The position numbers and the translations under genes were made by a program. A stretch of 64,000 nucleotides of DNA from the human T2T-CHM13v2.0 reference genome, Homo sapiens, in the NCBI RefSeq assembly GCF_009914755.1, contig NC_060930.1; one strand, given 5' to 3'. Positions 38,292 through 54,547 of the stretch are shown piece after piece. Numbering within the stretch: the first letter of the stretch is position 1; each line of letters begins with the position of its first letter. Below the pieces are notes generated by a model. That model saw only the letters and a program-made list of their open reading frames with translations, was not told the DNA's origin and made no database searches.

Positions 38292-39743
38292 ATTTACAAT
38301 TATCAGACTTTTCAGAATAGATTACTTTTACCTGTAAATATAACATTCTGATATAACATTTAGCTACATGATAAAGCTTTTCAGCACCTGGGTATCTAGT
38401 AAATGGATTGACAAGCACTACTCAATAACAAATCTAGATAGCCAAAACAAATCACTTACACCTCTAAAAGATAGACATGACATGGTTGCAAATAATTCAC
38501 TCTGTTCTGGGACATCAATGAGTATTTCATGTATATGAAACGTTATTTGTCTTTAAAACACAGTAATTCCATCTCTGAGAGTTTTATACTAAGAGCCTCA
38601 CTTTCTCTCATAGCACAGTTTCCTTTTCACAACAAATAACACACTTATAGTGACTGTACAGACATTTCGTGCATTGATTTATCTAGTAAGTCATTCAGTC
38701 TCTTTAAAGCAGATACTTGTTCTGTGCTTGACTCTCTACTATGAGCTGGGGGTGGGGTACATATAATTTATCTCTTTTTTTTTCATTGTAAAAGGTATAT
38801 AAAATATACATCAATAGGAAGTTAAAAATTCCCTTTCCAACATTAGGGCCATTAGCCAAAAGTTATCCTGATACATCTGGAAAATTCTGGGCAGTAGAAC
38901 TAAAATTATAATCGACCTTTTATAGAGAATGTATTTATCTGGCCATCAGTACACAGATTCAGACAAAATTGTTTTGGCAAATTTAATTAATTACATTCTC
39001 CAGCACACAAAAGCATAGATTTATAGAGTATAGTACTTATTTTTCAGGCCCAGTGTTCTAGAAAATTAGTGACTTTAAGAAATGGCTGAGTACAGTAAAT
39101 CTCTCAACTGAAGGTGCATTTGAATAAGTGAAAGCGCCTACTTAAAAGGGTTTCCCCACATCAGAAATGGAGAAAATAAAGAAGAAAATAATACTATATA
39201 AAGGGTATTTTACAGTATAAAAATATAATTATTTAACTGTGGGTATTTAACAAAGAAATATTTAATTGGCTTCCTTAGCCTGGGAAATAAATTTGAGATT
39301 GTAAATCTGTTCGTCCTCTGTAAAAGAAGATAATGTAGACAGTGATTTAGATACATAGCAGCAGGTAAAGGATGCTCAGAAACATGCCACGTTCATGGAT
39401 CTATTCCTATCCTACTGAACTGAAATTTTTTAAGTGAATTAGGAAGATGACCTTTTAAAACGATCTTATACTATAAATTTAGTTTAGAAACACAGATATA
39501 AATAATCCTTGTACAAATAACAATGTGCTACAGTATGATTTAGTGACTACATATGGAGAAATTCTACAGTTTAAAACAATGCAGTCTTTTTTTTTTAACT
39601 TTCCTTTGTTTCCTAACAGTGAGAGAGATACAATATATTTAGATGAGGCAGCCTTCCTACACCTTTGATGTCTGTGAATGCTTGTATTAATTCTTGAGAA
39701 CATTTAGTAGAGATTATTAGTGAGCAGAATTACTAGTGAGTGA

Positions 39744-40106
<363 letters not shown>

Positions 40107-40579
40107 TAATCAGAGCCAGCGCTACTGAACATCAGGGAGAGAAACAAGCTCAACACAGCATGGTTTACTCAGCGTTCATTTACATATATATTAAATATAT
40201 ATTACTGCTTGGTAGATAATCACAGTTTTCAGTATTTATAGTTTAGAATCAATGGCACTATCACTTGCTGTTTATGGCACCAGGGCAAAAACTGCTAATT
40301 AGGTGGAGTATTCTCAAATTAGTTTTATTTTACTGACTAGCTACAAGATAATTGGAATATGCATGTTAGACTGAAAATATCTATACTATGCGAGGCACCT
40401 AAAGTTGAAACACTGAATATAATAAATAAGCAGGGACAAAGGAATGACCTGCATCTTTATAGAGGCACAAGCCTATTGTGTACATCCACGGAGCACTAAT
40501 TATTTAACGTTTACAGTGAAAGTACCATGATTTTATTTTGCCTCAATGTTACAAACACCCTGAAAGTAATGACTTTGTG

Positions 40580-40810
40580 CTAAAACCTGGGTTTAAATAT
40601 TCTGCATTTAAATATTTTTCCCATCACTTACTAGATGGATAGTGTTGGAGAAGTTACTTCTTTCTCAATGCCTCAGTTACTTCATTTGTAAAATGGAGGT
40701 ATCAGCACTACTTACTTCACCCGGTTGTTCTGAGAGCTAAATGAGCCAACCCCTACAGAGGATTTATAATTGAGCCTGGCAGATAGGAGGTCCTCAATTA
40801 ATGTTATCTG
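40580..40810 (+). mobile_element. MIR
   Basis: CCTGGGTTTAAAT...GCCTCAGTTACTTCATTTGTAAAATGG...GCCTGGCAGATAG..CTCAATTAATGTTA. Confidence 0.75.
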
Positions 40811-40983
40811 TTAATGTTATGTTCTAAAGTACATTCAATTTTATTTAAAGTCTGTCTTATCACTGATTTTGTTTGTTTGTTTACACTGGTTCTCTAAAAC
40901 TACAGTGATTTAATAAATAACAACAACAAAATAATAATCATCATGTACTGTTAGTGAATTAGAAACACTTAGAAATTTATTTC

Positions 40984-41272
40984 TTTTTTAAGTTTTATTA
41001 TTATACTTTAAGTTTTAGGGTACATGTGCACAATGTGCAGGTTAGTTACATATGTATACATGTACCATGCTGGTGTGCTGCACCCATTAACTCGTCATTT
41101 AGCATTAGGTATATCTCCTAATGCTATCCCTCCCCCCTCCCCCCACCCCACAACAGGCCCCGGTGTGTGATGTTCCCCTTCCTGTGTCCATGTGTTCTCA
41201 TTGTTCAATTCCCACCTATGAGTGAGAACATGCGGTGTTTGCTTTTTTGTCCTTGTGATAGTTTACTGAGAA
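40984..41272 (-). mobile_element. Short 5'-truncated young L1 (L1PA3/4-like)
   Basis: 3'UTR with GAG (not the Ta-specific ACA) diagnostic; perfect 21-bp TSD AAACACTTAGAAATTTATTTC (40963-40983 / 41274-41294). Confidence 0.95.
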
Positions 41273-42849
41273 AAAACACTTAGAAATTTATTTCATAAAT
41301 ATTGTCATACTACTGTAAGCCTTTCAAATTTGTTAAAAGCTCTTTTTTTCTGCATAATTTTAGAAATGTTATAAACAAGAAGTATGGATTAGGCAAAAAA
41401 CTGATGCAGCATAAAGGAGAATTCAGCATATTTTTAGAAAAAATACTATATTATCTACTTTGGGCAGAAAGATAATTATATGCATATTTAATGGAGTATA
41501 AAATTGGAGGAATGAGTTCTAGTACAGATCCCAGTGAGAAATGGTCTCTTTTTGCAAAAGGCACTTAAAAAATAACTTTATTCAGGTTTAGGAGAAAATG
41601 TGTATTTTGTTTAAAACCACAGAAAACAAACTGCACTTTTATTAAGGAGAGTCACAGAGCTGCAAAGCAGTACACAGGAAGTTCAACTCTGTAGGTAAGG
41701 TAAGCAGTAAGGTTTCTAATGCAGAGACCTATAGAGGAAGAAACCAAACACATGGAATCCTATAACAACTATTTGACAGTTGATCTCCTGGAAAGATAGG
41801 AGTATATGCACACAGCTCATTAGACAAGAGCATTTCATTCACTGTGAAGTCAAAGAACAGCCCAACCTTATACCACAAACTCTGAACAATAGCCGATAGA
41901 TAATGAACATTCAACAATTCACGGAGATAGGAATTAATTCATAACAGTATGGAATTTGTATTTTATGATAAAGTAAAAGGCACAGGAAAATGGGGGGTCT
42001 GAAAGATGTACTAAATATGTACAATGTGAAAGAAATAGAGCAGACCCCATCACAGAATGGGAAGAGTGCTTAGGAACTAGGTGGCTCTGGGCCATTTTCA
42101 TTACAATCTGATAGCTTTCTTATTATAGATACCAATGTCTAGAAATGAAGCTTAGCAGTAAAACAGTATATTTAAATAGAAATATAATGGCCAGTGCTAT
42201 GGATCAATATTGACAACATTGAGTAATGTGCTAAAAATAAAACATAAAAAACTCCTAGGCCAATACCATGCACAGACGTGAATTTTAAATGTATATTATT
42301 TACAACTTGAAAAGACTGTTATGTGAACAGTTTGGAAGCCATTAGAAAGCCATTAAAATGCCTAGAGTTCCTGGCAAACAAGTCCTAAAACAGTCTTTGC
42401 CAATATTTTCAGAGAACTCTAGCACTGCTGTGTTTGCACATGTGCAAGTGCACGTGCTTGTGAAGTCCAAGAAGTAATAAAAACAAGTGACTATGATGAA
42501 TAGGATGGAAATGCAGCCACAGATGTCTGCTAAGACTAGTATCAATCATTTTGCCAGTAAATTAGAAATCTTATATTCAATCAAATAAATTCTACAATAC
42601 CAACCCATCTCTTATCAGATCATATGCTCATATATTAATATTGATGTGAGATAAACATAAAACATTAAAAATAATGCATGACTATGACCAAATTTGAATC
42701 AGCTGCTTAAAATAAGCCTATACTAAAATAACCAGAACTAGAAGTTACAAGACAATTTTTAAATTCCAATGGAATAATAGTGATCTATAAGAAACTGAAT
42801 CAACTTTTCAAAGAGAAAAGTTGGGAGAGAGGCATGTGCTTTGGTTTTA

Positions 42850-44153
<1,304 letters not shown>

Positions 44154-44199
44154 AAAGAGATACAATAAAAGCCTAGTAACAGATGTGAACAAAGAATGA

Positions 44200-44888
44200 A
44201 AAAAAATGACCAAGGAAATAAAATTGATAACTCAGAGAACAAACTCTTTTTTTTTGTAGATGACTTAAAATAGATAAACAATGTAATATTTTGTAGCTGG
44301 TGTTAGAGTACTCTTTCATATGGAAAAAAATAAAACTAGATGACAACTTAAAATTTTTTAGGAGATATATAGATGAGAAGTCCAGATATATTAAAGATTT
44401 ATATTTGAAAGGTAAAATTTTGTAATTATTAGTATTTGCTATGTAACTATTTAGAATCTATGTGACCTAGTGCCATTAAAATTTTTAATAGGGCTCCAGG
44501 AGAAGGCAAAATAAATAAATAAATAAACTAGCTAGCAAATAAATACAAACAATTAATTTGATTTCACTAAAATTATAGATTTCTGTGCAAAGAAGTATGT
44601 CTAAATAAAAATCAGCAGATGTTGACAGCTTGTAAATGTTATTTGTAATATATAAAACAAAGAAAAACCAAAATCAAGATGATTAGAGAAACTCATGAAT
44701 CTTCCAGAAAACAGTACAAATGCAAAGAATATGCGTAGGTAACTCCCAAAGGTGAAACACTAAATGATAATATAGGTATGCAGATATCTCAAATCATTAG
44801 GGAAATGAGAAATAAAATTTAAAGGAGTAACAAGATGCCAGCTTCCTCCCATCATATTTGCCAATATTTGAAAATTGGATGATGTCAG
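44200..44888 (+). mobile_element. Ancient L1M remnant
   Basis: Degenerate ORF2-end motifs (CCAGATATATTAAAGATTTATAT, TCATTAGGGAAATG..AATAAAA). Confidence 0.45.
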
Positions 44889-44889
44889 T

Positions 44890-45790
44890 CTTATATAATG
44901 TCATTATAGGAGTGACATTCCCTCATTTTGACCATATTCTATTGGTTAGAAGCCGATAAAGGATCTTCCCCACACTCAAGAGAGGAGATTATGAAATAAT
45001 ATGAATACCAGAAGGCCAGGAGTGTAAAGATCACCTTAGGATTTGTGTACCACATTATGCCTTCTGGCTCCCAATGATTCAAGTCCCTTTCTCATGCAAA
45101 CAGTATTAACTTCCTACCAAGATTCACAAGTGTGATGGTTAGCTTTATGAGTCAATTTGTGCAAGCTATTAGTCCCCAGTTAATAAAACACTAATACAAG
45201 TATTGGCTGAGGGCTTTTTGTAGATGGGAATAATGTCTAACATTAGTTGACTTTAAGTAAAAGAGATTATTGTAGATAATCTAGGTGGGCCTGATTCAAC
45301 TAGTTGACAGACCTTAAAAGCAAAACTGAGGTTTCCTTGAGGAAGAAATTCGGACTGTGCACTGCAGTTTCAGCTGGCGCCTGAGGGTTCCATCCAGCCC
45401 TATGGATTGTGGATTTGTCTAGACAGCCCCCACAGTCGAAGAAGCCAATTCATTGCCATAATTATCTATCTATCATCATCTATCTACCTATCCATATACC
45501 TGTCTATCTATCTCCTATTAGTTCTGTTTCTTTGAATGGCAGACCAATAATATTCTCATCACATTATAGCATCAGCTCAAAGATGAAAACTTCATTATCT
45601 AAATTACATCCTGGCTCCATGAGTCTTCTAGCTTTAATCTATTAAGTCTAACTCCTGAGACACAATTTTTTGTCACCTTTGGACTTGTGAAACAAAAGAA
45701 ACAAGCCATCTGTTTTCAGTACATTCCAACCTAAAATGGTTCAACAGACATTAAAATTAACTGTAGACATTGTGGTTGGAAGTGAATGGC
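44890..45790 (-). mobile_element. MLT1F-like LTR end plus adjoining MLT1 internal sequence (split by MLT2)
   Basis: CCATATTCTATTGGTTAGAAGC...CCACACTCAAGAGAGGAGATT...TACCACA followed by CTTCTGGCTCCCAATGATTCAAGTCCC. Confidence 0.6.
45131..45552 (+). mobile_element. MLT2 (MLT2D/C-like) ERVL LTR
   Basis: TGTGATGGTTAGCTTTATGAGTCAA start, AGTTGACTTTAAGTAAAAGAGATTA, CTCCTATTAGTTCTGTTTCT end. Confidence 0.85.
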
Positions 45791-46898
45791 TGGGTATTTC
45801 CTCCTTTACTCTTTACTCTTTAACTGCAAAAATGATTATTTTTCTCTCCCTTTCAGATAAATCCTCTATTTTGGTGAACTGGTTTTTGTTTTTGTTTGTT
45901 TGTTTGTTTGTAGCTGGACTTATCTTCTCATATTCTACATTGATCTTTGTTTCTCAGCAGCCTTTTGTCCTGTTTTGGTTACAGATGTATATTAGATTTA
46001 TGTAAAACTAAATTGACTTTCTATTTCTCCTTTACCTTGGCAATCTGGGTTAGTTTCTGAGGCAGACAAAATTATAACTATATTTACATTTTTCTATAAT
46101 AAAACCTCAAATTTCATTCTTAAACTCAGAAGATAATATTTAAAAAGTGACAAGGTAAAGGTGGAAGGAAACAATATTCTCAGATGGCTTGTGGATCTAG
46201 GAGAAGTTCTACAAACACGATTAATAAACTAAAAATAAACAAAATAATGTAACACTATGCAAAATGTCTGCATCAATAATTTCTTTTAACAATTAAACAG
46301 GTTATAATACAATTAAATGTTCTTGAAAACTGATGTTGTTTTGCCAGTTCAAGGGATACAAATGTTCCACCATAATCAATAAAGAATAAGCACACTGCAG
46401 TTTGTTGTTGACAACTTGAACAGAGTTTATAGAAACCCATTTTAGTGAGAATGCTCTATAGAATTTTAACACATGAAGTTTTATTTTTCTCACATCTCGG
46501 AGTTTTAAAGAACTCCAGAAAGTGACTTTGGATAACTTTAAGAAGAAAAACCACTCTTGATTTAAGAACAGTATTTTGACTTGCACGTAGGTGAGAAGTC
46601 ACAGGGATATAAAAGACAAACCTGTTATCTTTGTAGTCTCTAGACTGTTTGGAGAAAATGAAGCTCTAGAAATTAAAGAATGATTAATTTTAGTATTTAA
46701 TAATAATATGGAAAATATGACTAGTCCTGTTCTTTTCATTTTCTTGTGTTGTTTAAAAGTGCTTCCATCTTACAATAATTTTTCCAGGAGAGAGACAGAG
46801 AGAAAGAGAATTAGAATAAATGTATTTTTATTTCAAAGATGGAAAAGAAAAGCAGAGAGTAATTAAAAGGTTCCATGGACTAGAATGGCATGAAGTCA

Positions 46899-47271
<373 letters not shown>

Positions 47272-47951
47272 AAAAAGTTAAAAGGATGAAAAAGACAAGG
47301 CTCTAGTCTCCTGAGGATCCCAGAACGTGTCAGCAAAATCAAAATTGTCTTAGGGTGTGTGAGAGAGGTAGGAATTAACTGTATTTTCTCATGTTTCATT
47401 GCAAGAATAAGTACTTGATTATGAAGTTGATGAAATAAGAAATATGGGTTCATTCAGTATGTTCAAGGTTATTATTGGAATAAGAAAAAGAAATACATAT
47501 ATTGTAAGTTGCTAGATGGGAAAAGAATTCACAAAGTCAAGAAAGCATCATGTAATAAATATTTCAAAATCAGGTGGTTTTACAAGACAATAGGAATAAC
47601 AATGAGGACATTAAGACTGTTGCTATATTCCTCTTCAATTTGTTGCCTTCACCTATTGTTTCTTAATGGCCAAAAACACTAAGCTGCTAGGAAAATTCTT
47701 GTATGAACAAGCGCAATATTTACTTCATATTATATCATTCTATTTTCAATTACACATTAGTTATGTTAATAACTCTATTCGTTCATTTGATATCAAATTA
47801 TAATGTTTTCTATTTCTTTTCTTACTTATTATTATCTTTGTTTTGCAAGTAATAAATAAGTGGCAGTCCCCTTAATACTTCTCCCAGTATTATTTCAACT
47901 CCCATAGAACACAACAATTAACAGTCCTTTTGGTATATTATTTTGGGCAAT

Positions 47952-48476
47952 TGTCTGTTTTCAGAAGCATTGTTGTTAAAACAAACTACCACAACCTTGG
48001 TGGCTGAAGCAACATATTTACTATCTTACAGTCCTGTACATCAGAGTTCAGACATGGGTCTCACTGGCTAAAATAAATATGTCAGCAGGGCTGATTCTGT
48101 TCTGGAGAGTACAGGGGATAATCTGTTTTCTTGCCTTTTTCACCTTCTGGCATCTGCTTGCATATCGTGACTCATGGCCCCCTTCTTCTATCTTCGAACC
48201 CAGAATTAGTGGGTCTAATTTTTCTCACACAACCATCTTCTCCAGTTAAACAAACAAAAACAGAGAAAGACCATTCTTCCACTTTTAAGGATTCCAGTGA
48301 CTAGATTAGGCACACAGGATTATCTAGAATAATTCCTAGATTTCAGATTTATTTAATTAGCAATCTCAATTGTGTCTATGGCTTTAATTCTTGTTTACTA
48401 TGTAAAATAATATAATAACAGATTCCAGGGATTAAGTCATGAGCATCTTTGGGGAACCATCATTCTACCTGCCACA
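47952..48476 (-). mobile_element. MLT1C/D LTR
   Basis: ACAAACTACCACAACCTTGGTGGCTGAAGCAACA...GGGTCTCACTGGCTAAAAT...CATTCTACCTGCCACA. Confidence 0.85.
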
Positions 48477-48479
48477 CTA

Positions 48480-49500
48480 GGTATACATAAACAATGTTTA
48501 TTTGTTTTAGTTTTGTCCCAAAAAATCAGGTGTCACTATTTGAATTTCATATGTTTTGTTTCCCTTTAATAATAAATACATTTTGGAGGGGTTTCTATTA
48601 TCAGTACACACAGATTTAATTCATTGTATTTCTAAACATAGTATTCCAGAGTATGGATATAGACTAATCTAATGAAACACCCCCTTCTACAACTGTTGCC
48701 ATTATAAGCAACGATGAAAGATAAACCTTGTGTCTATGTATTTATGCACATATGCTACATCTATATGATAAATTCATAATTACAGAATTTCTTTGTCACT
48801 AACAAATTTCTACCTAAAATTGGTTAAAAATAGTAGTTAAGCTAATGATTTACAGAGTTCCCATATCCCTGGACATTTATAAAAGTAGTTAATAAAAAAT
48901 CATTTAATATTTGTTCATTTGATGGTTTAAAAAAACATTGTATTGCTTAATTTGTTTTGGGCCTGATTACTAATGTACAGAGATTTCCATTTCTGTCTTC
49001 TATTAATATAAACACTTTATCATGTGTTTATTAACTATTTATATTCATTTTGGGGATATAACCATTTCAACCTTTGCTCGACTTAAAATTGAATGATTTT
49101 ACATCACATTAATCATTTATTATAATTAATTCATTTCAGCTTATCTCTTGTATTATAATTTAAGTTATGGAGCAGTGTGCCATATGTAAGAATTTAATTT
49201 TTAGGTTGTTAATTTTGTCAGTCTTTACTTTTACACTTTCTGAGTTTTGTGTCGTTCTTAGGAAGTAATTTGTGTTTGTGTGTGTGTGTATACGTGTATT
49301 CACATGTGTGTCTGCTTTTTATTAGTTTTGTTTTCCTACCTCAGAGTTAACAAGTATTGTCATATCATCTGATTGTTTTTGTTTTATTTTGTCTATTTTT
49401 TTTACTTTTCATGTTTTTTTTTTATTTAATACTTTAATTATGCTTATTCCCCTCAAATAGCCGTACCTACAGCATTATTTAGACATCTAACTTTTTGGAA
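48480..49500 (-). mobile_element. Ancient L1ME-type remnant
   Basis: CATAGTATTCCAGAGTATGGAT, GAGTTCCCATATCCC, CCTGATTACTAATG antisense L1 motifs. Confidence 0.5.
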
Positions 49501-49526
49501 ACAATGACCAATTTCCTGAACCATGT

Positions 49527-50134
49527 CAGTCAGTTCTGCTATAATGCAACGTATGCATTTCTAAAAATCATTATGCTATGCAAAAATGGCCCAATAAAAG
49601 TCATGGGTCTTATTAGAAAAATGGGGTTGAAAGAAATATACTAAAAAACCTAATTAGCGACACAGAGAAAACAAAAATGTAGGAACACAATGAAACACAG
49701 TGGCATAGTTTTATCCATGTTAAATGGTTCACAAACATGAATTCTACAATTGATACGATACATTACTTAGAAAAGAGTTGAATTTTCTGGAGGTGAGTGT
49801 AGGAATGATTGCAGCTTATGTGTTATTGTGAAGTGATGGGAGGGGTGTCTCTGGAATCATATGGAAAGTTCTAATATTTAATGTGGATGGGTGTGGCTCA
49901 TAGCACACATGAACTAAGGTATCTAAAAATTGAAATGCGTGAATATGTTTTCTGTATTTCTATGAGACTGTTCTGTGTGGTGCAGTTTGCTGCATTCATT
50001 TAATGCTTCTCTGGAAAGAAATAGCACATAAGCAATCAGGAAATTTGCATTATACTCAAATTGTTCTGTAATATGTCAATTGCATAGGAATGAAGGCCTT
50101 TTTGTAAAAGCACGTGTTGTGTAAGCACTGACTA
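49527..50134. mobile_element. Tigger13a-like DNA transposon
   Basis: TIRs CAGTCAGTTCTGCTATAATGC ... GTGTTGTGTAAGCACTGACTA; internal GCATTTCTAAAAATCA, GAAAAATGGGGTT. Confidence 0.75.
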
Positions 50135-51228
50135 TAACTAGAAATGTGACCTGAATCATTGTTTATGCCTTTATGTATCCATGAGTCATTTTCTGTATTT
50201 TCTATTTACTTCCTCTGATCTATTTGTTTCCTGAACAAAGTTATATGTCCAGTTTTTATATTCAATGGTATCAATTTTCTATTTTCTTTTTAAGTATATT
50301 TTGACCTTTTCATATATTTTATTGTTAACATACATTTTGCAATTTTTATTTAAGTTCTACAAAGTCTTGGTGCACTCTCATTAAAAAAGCACTAAATATA
50401 TAAAGTGAGAGGATATATTTTTGCAACATCATGATGCAGCTTCCCCAGCCCCTAAATTTCGTGGCATTTCTGACTTAATTCAGACTAGTAACCCTGAGAT
50501 ACCAGTGTCAGCTCTAGAGTTACCCTATCAGAGCACAATTCCATCTGGCTTTGGAAAATTTTCATTTATCTTTTGTCACCGTAATAGGTAGAACTAGGCC
50601 ATTCTAGCACATTTCTGAGAAAATACTGTGAGTTGGGTGGAACGGGAGGACAATATATTCTTGTCGTCCATTTCCCACATTCCTAGGCAGTGAGTGAGGG
50701 CTTCTGAAGAGACCCCAACTTAGGGTACAATTTAGGGTCTGATAGTTGTTTTTTTTTAATCTTTGTTCCATGGCTTTAAAGTTAAAGACTCCAAAAATAT
50801 TTTATTCCTTTTGAACTTAAACAAACATGAAATTATGATTAACAAAACAGAAAAAAGTACTATAATAAGGATAAAGGTAAGGCGGTAAGTTAGAACAGGA
50901 AATGGAACTACTAAATCGAGCAAATGTAATTAAAAAATAATACAGGAGATAGACAATTGTGCTAAGTTAAATAGTGGGTTTTATTTGATAAACAGAAAAG
51001 TGAAATAAACATGACAGATTGAAAGAATATTGTAAATCAATGTTTTGAGTGATGGATCGTCATATGTGTCTATTTTTTGGAACATGGAGTCATCCAGAAT
51101 AATTAGAGGGTCATGAGTTTAGAGGAAAGTATTGAGATAGGAGTCTGAAGTAGCAGAATGGACTTAGTAGACTATACACGAGCTTGCATTGAAAGGCACT
51201 AAGACACAATACATTAAAGCCACTAGAG

Positions 51229-51479
51229 GGAGGCCTAGGCGGGCGGATAACGAGGTCAAGAGGTCCAGACCATCCTGGCTAACACGGTGAAACCCCGTCT
51301 CTACTAAAAATACAAAAAATTAGCCGGGCGTGGTGGCGGGCGTCTGTAGTCCCAGCTACTCGGGAGGCTGAGGCAGGAGAATGGCGTGAACCCGGGAGGC
51401 GGAGCTTGCAGTGAGCGAAATCGCTCCACTGCACTCCAGCCTGGATGACAGAGCGAGACTCCGTCTAAAAAAAAAAAAA
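51229..51479 (+). mobile_element. AluY, 5'-truncated (~40 nt missing)
   Basis: Starts at GGAGGCC; AluY diagnostics; CpG-rich; TSD AAAGCCACTAGAG (51216-51228 / 51480-51492). Confidence 0.96.
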
Positions 51480-51669
51480 AAAGCCACTAGAGATGTATGT
51501 CGAATTATGCAAATATTATGAATATGAGGAAGAGAAAGGAGGATTTACTCATGTGAAAACATTAAGGAAGTAAATTCTGTCCAATACAAAGGCAAAGAGA
51601 CCTCATAAAGGACTTGTGAAACTAAGGTATAAAAACTTATGTATTTTGTTAGAGTGAGACTTTGCCCCA

Positions 51670-51885
51670 AACTTCCTAGGCTCAAAGTCAGCTCCAATAT
51701 ATCCCAGCTGTCAAGATCTTAAGTAAGTTAGGTAACATCACTAGCCTGTGTTTTTTCATCTTTAAAATGGGTTAAAGATAATAATACTTCATAGATTATT
51801 GTGAGGTTTCAAAACAGAATCAACACAAATAAAACAGGAATATTTCTGATACATAGAATGTGATTCATAAATATTAATTAGTATT
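51670..51885 (+). mobile_element. MIR
   Basis: CCTAGGCTCAAAGTCAGCTCC...TTTTTTCATCTTTAAAATGGG...CTTCATAGATTATTGTGAGG. Confidence 0.7.
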
Positions 51886-54547
51886 TTTATTTTGATTATC
51901 ATTGTTGCTGCTGCTGTTGTCATAACCTCATTCTAAGGAAGAGGGCAACAATGTCCCTTCTCTGTATTAGTGATCCACATTCATTTAAACCTCTTTGTAC
52001 ACCTCTTCTATTATATTTATAACTTACTATAATACTTTTTGCAATTTTATCTCATCACTTCAAGTCACCTGCTATTAATGCAGAGCACACTGATACAATG
52101 AGAATAATACCTATTTACTCATAAAGTTATAAAGATGCTCATTTAAAAATATTTTTATCTAGTCAGTTTTCTTCAATCAGAGTTCACTGTTGCTTGACAT
52201 CCTAAAACCTAAGGAAATTCTCTGGAGTTTCTTTCCATATTGAATATAAAGCTCTTATTTATTTAATTCAAACTCAGTTTATGCTCAAATATGCTTTAAT
52301 AATAGACCTATGTAATTTTTCCCAAATTTAATTCTCCTTCATTTCTCTAGTATATTTAAATGAAACAAAACTTTTAGGGACTAGCTTAAATAAACAAACT
52401 TTCTCAAAGCTATTTATCATAAATGTGTTGAACAAATAAAAATCTTTGCTCTGGTTGAAATGCACTGTGGTAATCAGGATAATGTTAAACATGACTGTCA
52501 CAATCACATTTAGATGACCTATCTTTGTTTTCTCTTCCCGTACTCCCTCTCTCTCAGATTATCCACATGAAAGCTTTCTTTGTATTCCAGTTAATCTTTT
52601 CCCCACCTGAATCGAAAATGCTACGTCTCCCATCACAACTGGCTTTTGAAAATAATAATAATAAAGTTACAAAGAAAGGATTAGGATAATAGGCTGAGAA
52701 AAAGAAACACACAGAAGAACCAGCAAGAATTAAAACTCCTGTTTATATTTGTGTGTTGGCAATAACAATCAGGAGACCAGCAAAAAAATAGATAGGAAAC
52801 AGTTTAAGCAGAACACAGATAAATAAATAGAATGTTTTGAAAATTATATCCACATTGAATGCATTTGGAAATTTTCTATGGTGTGCCAACTTCTTTATAA
52901 AATATATATATATATATTTAGATTTTCCTCTTAGAATTTAATCACATTAAATTTATCCACCCTTCAGGGAATATTTTATACATTTAAAGTTTGCCATTGG
53001 AGTAATAAATAAAAGACATGTTAGATTCTCTACTCTATTTTTTAAAATGTATTCATTATGTCTTTTATTTATTGTTTATGACATGAAAACTACAAAAGTT
53101 GCATTCACGGAATTGTCTCACTTACATTAAAATTAATCAAATTCGGTAACAATTTTGTTCAGTTTTCATTGTGGGGGAAAATTTCCTGTATGTAAATGAT
53201 GGTTTAATATAAATAAATGGGTAGAATATAATGGCATAAACATTATTTTTTGAAAGAGTTTTTGTTGAGTACGGAAGTGTTAAACTTATCCTGATTGGCT
53301 TTCAGTGGACATGGACAATTTTATTCAGAATCCAAACACTAAAACATTCCAAAATGGGTCAGAATTTTTACTGATATTGGAATCTCTCTATATATATCAG
53401 ACGAGCAAATGAAAAATAGAATAGAATAAAATAGATGACTGTAGATCACAAACAAATGTAATATTAGGTGACAAAAATATCCTTTCCAGGGAAAGATACC
53501 ATGTTTAACAAAACTTTTGAATTATAATATACATGTATGTGCTATTAGCCTTACTCCATTTGTACACACACATGTGCACACATACACATACGTGCACACA
53601 CACACATATCTGGCACAGATAGGAACTGGTTTAGAGGCAAGTAATTAGGAGTAAGAATAAATGTATGCTGCCTAACTATAGAAGATTTTACTGTGCTGTC
53701 CAATGGGATATATAATTGAGATAAGCATCCACTAAAAATTTTATAAGCTGTCTAAAAAAACTGCATAATTTTGACTGGGGGGTCATTTCATGGGATGCGT
53801 ATGTATGTATATTTATCAAATTATATACTATAAATATTGGCATTTTATTAAGGTCTTTCTTAATAAAGCCCTTTTTTAAAAGAGTGAACAAAATAATGTC
53901 TAACAATGAACTTTATTCCAAGCTTGCCTAGTTATCAATCCAGTGGGAATAAATTCTGGTAAGCTCTTTCTCCATTTTATATAAAATGGCAGAAAGGGGG
54001 CAGATAAATTGGATTATAAACACATTTTAAGGAAATATTTCACTTGTTTTTAAGATGACTAATAATCTGCTAATTGGTTTTACTCTAAGGTGAGCAAATC
54101 ATTTAATTAGTTAATTAATTCACACATTTATTTCACTTACAGATTCCTATCCTATGAGTGTTTATAAAGTAATAAATTGTTGTTTGTAGTTAGGTTGCCA
54201 AATCTTAGACTAGAAAAGTAAAAACTTAACCATGTTTAACCACATGGGACCCTAAGTATCAGGAATGGACAGGCTGAACCCCAACAGTAAGATGTTCAGA
54301 GAAGTAGTGAAAAATGAAAGAGTGGCCTAAACAGAAAATAATTTTAGAGTTTTATCTAAATCAGTCATGACTTCTGCTCCAGGTTAAGCTTACCTAATTT
54401 TACTCTAAAAGCCATATGATTAAGTGTGCCCAACAATAAAAGCAGAGTTTAGTCAAAAGGATTATTCCGCTATTCCATAACTGTATATCAAGTTAATGAC
54501 AAATAAAATTCATTTGTTACATGCACTACTTTCCTTCCACCAGGCAA

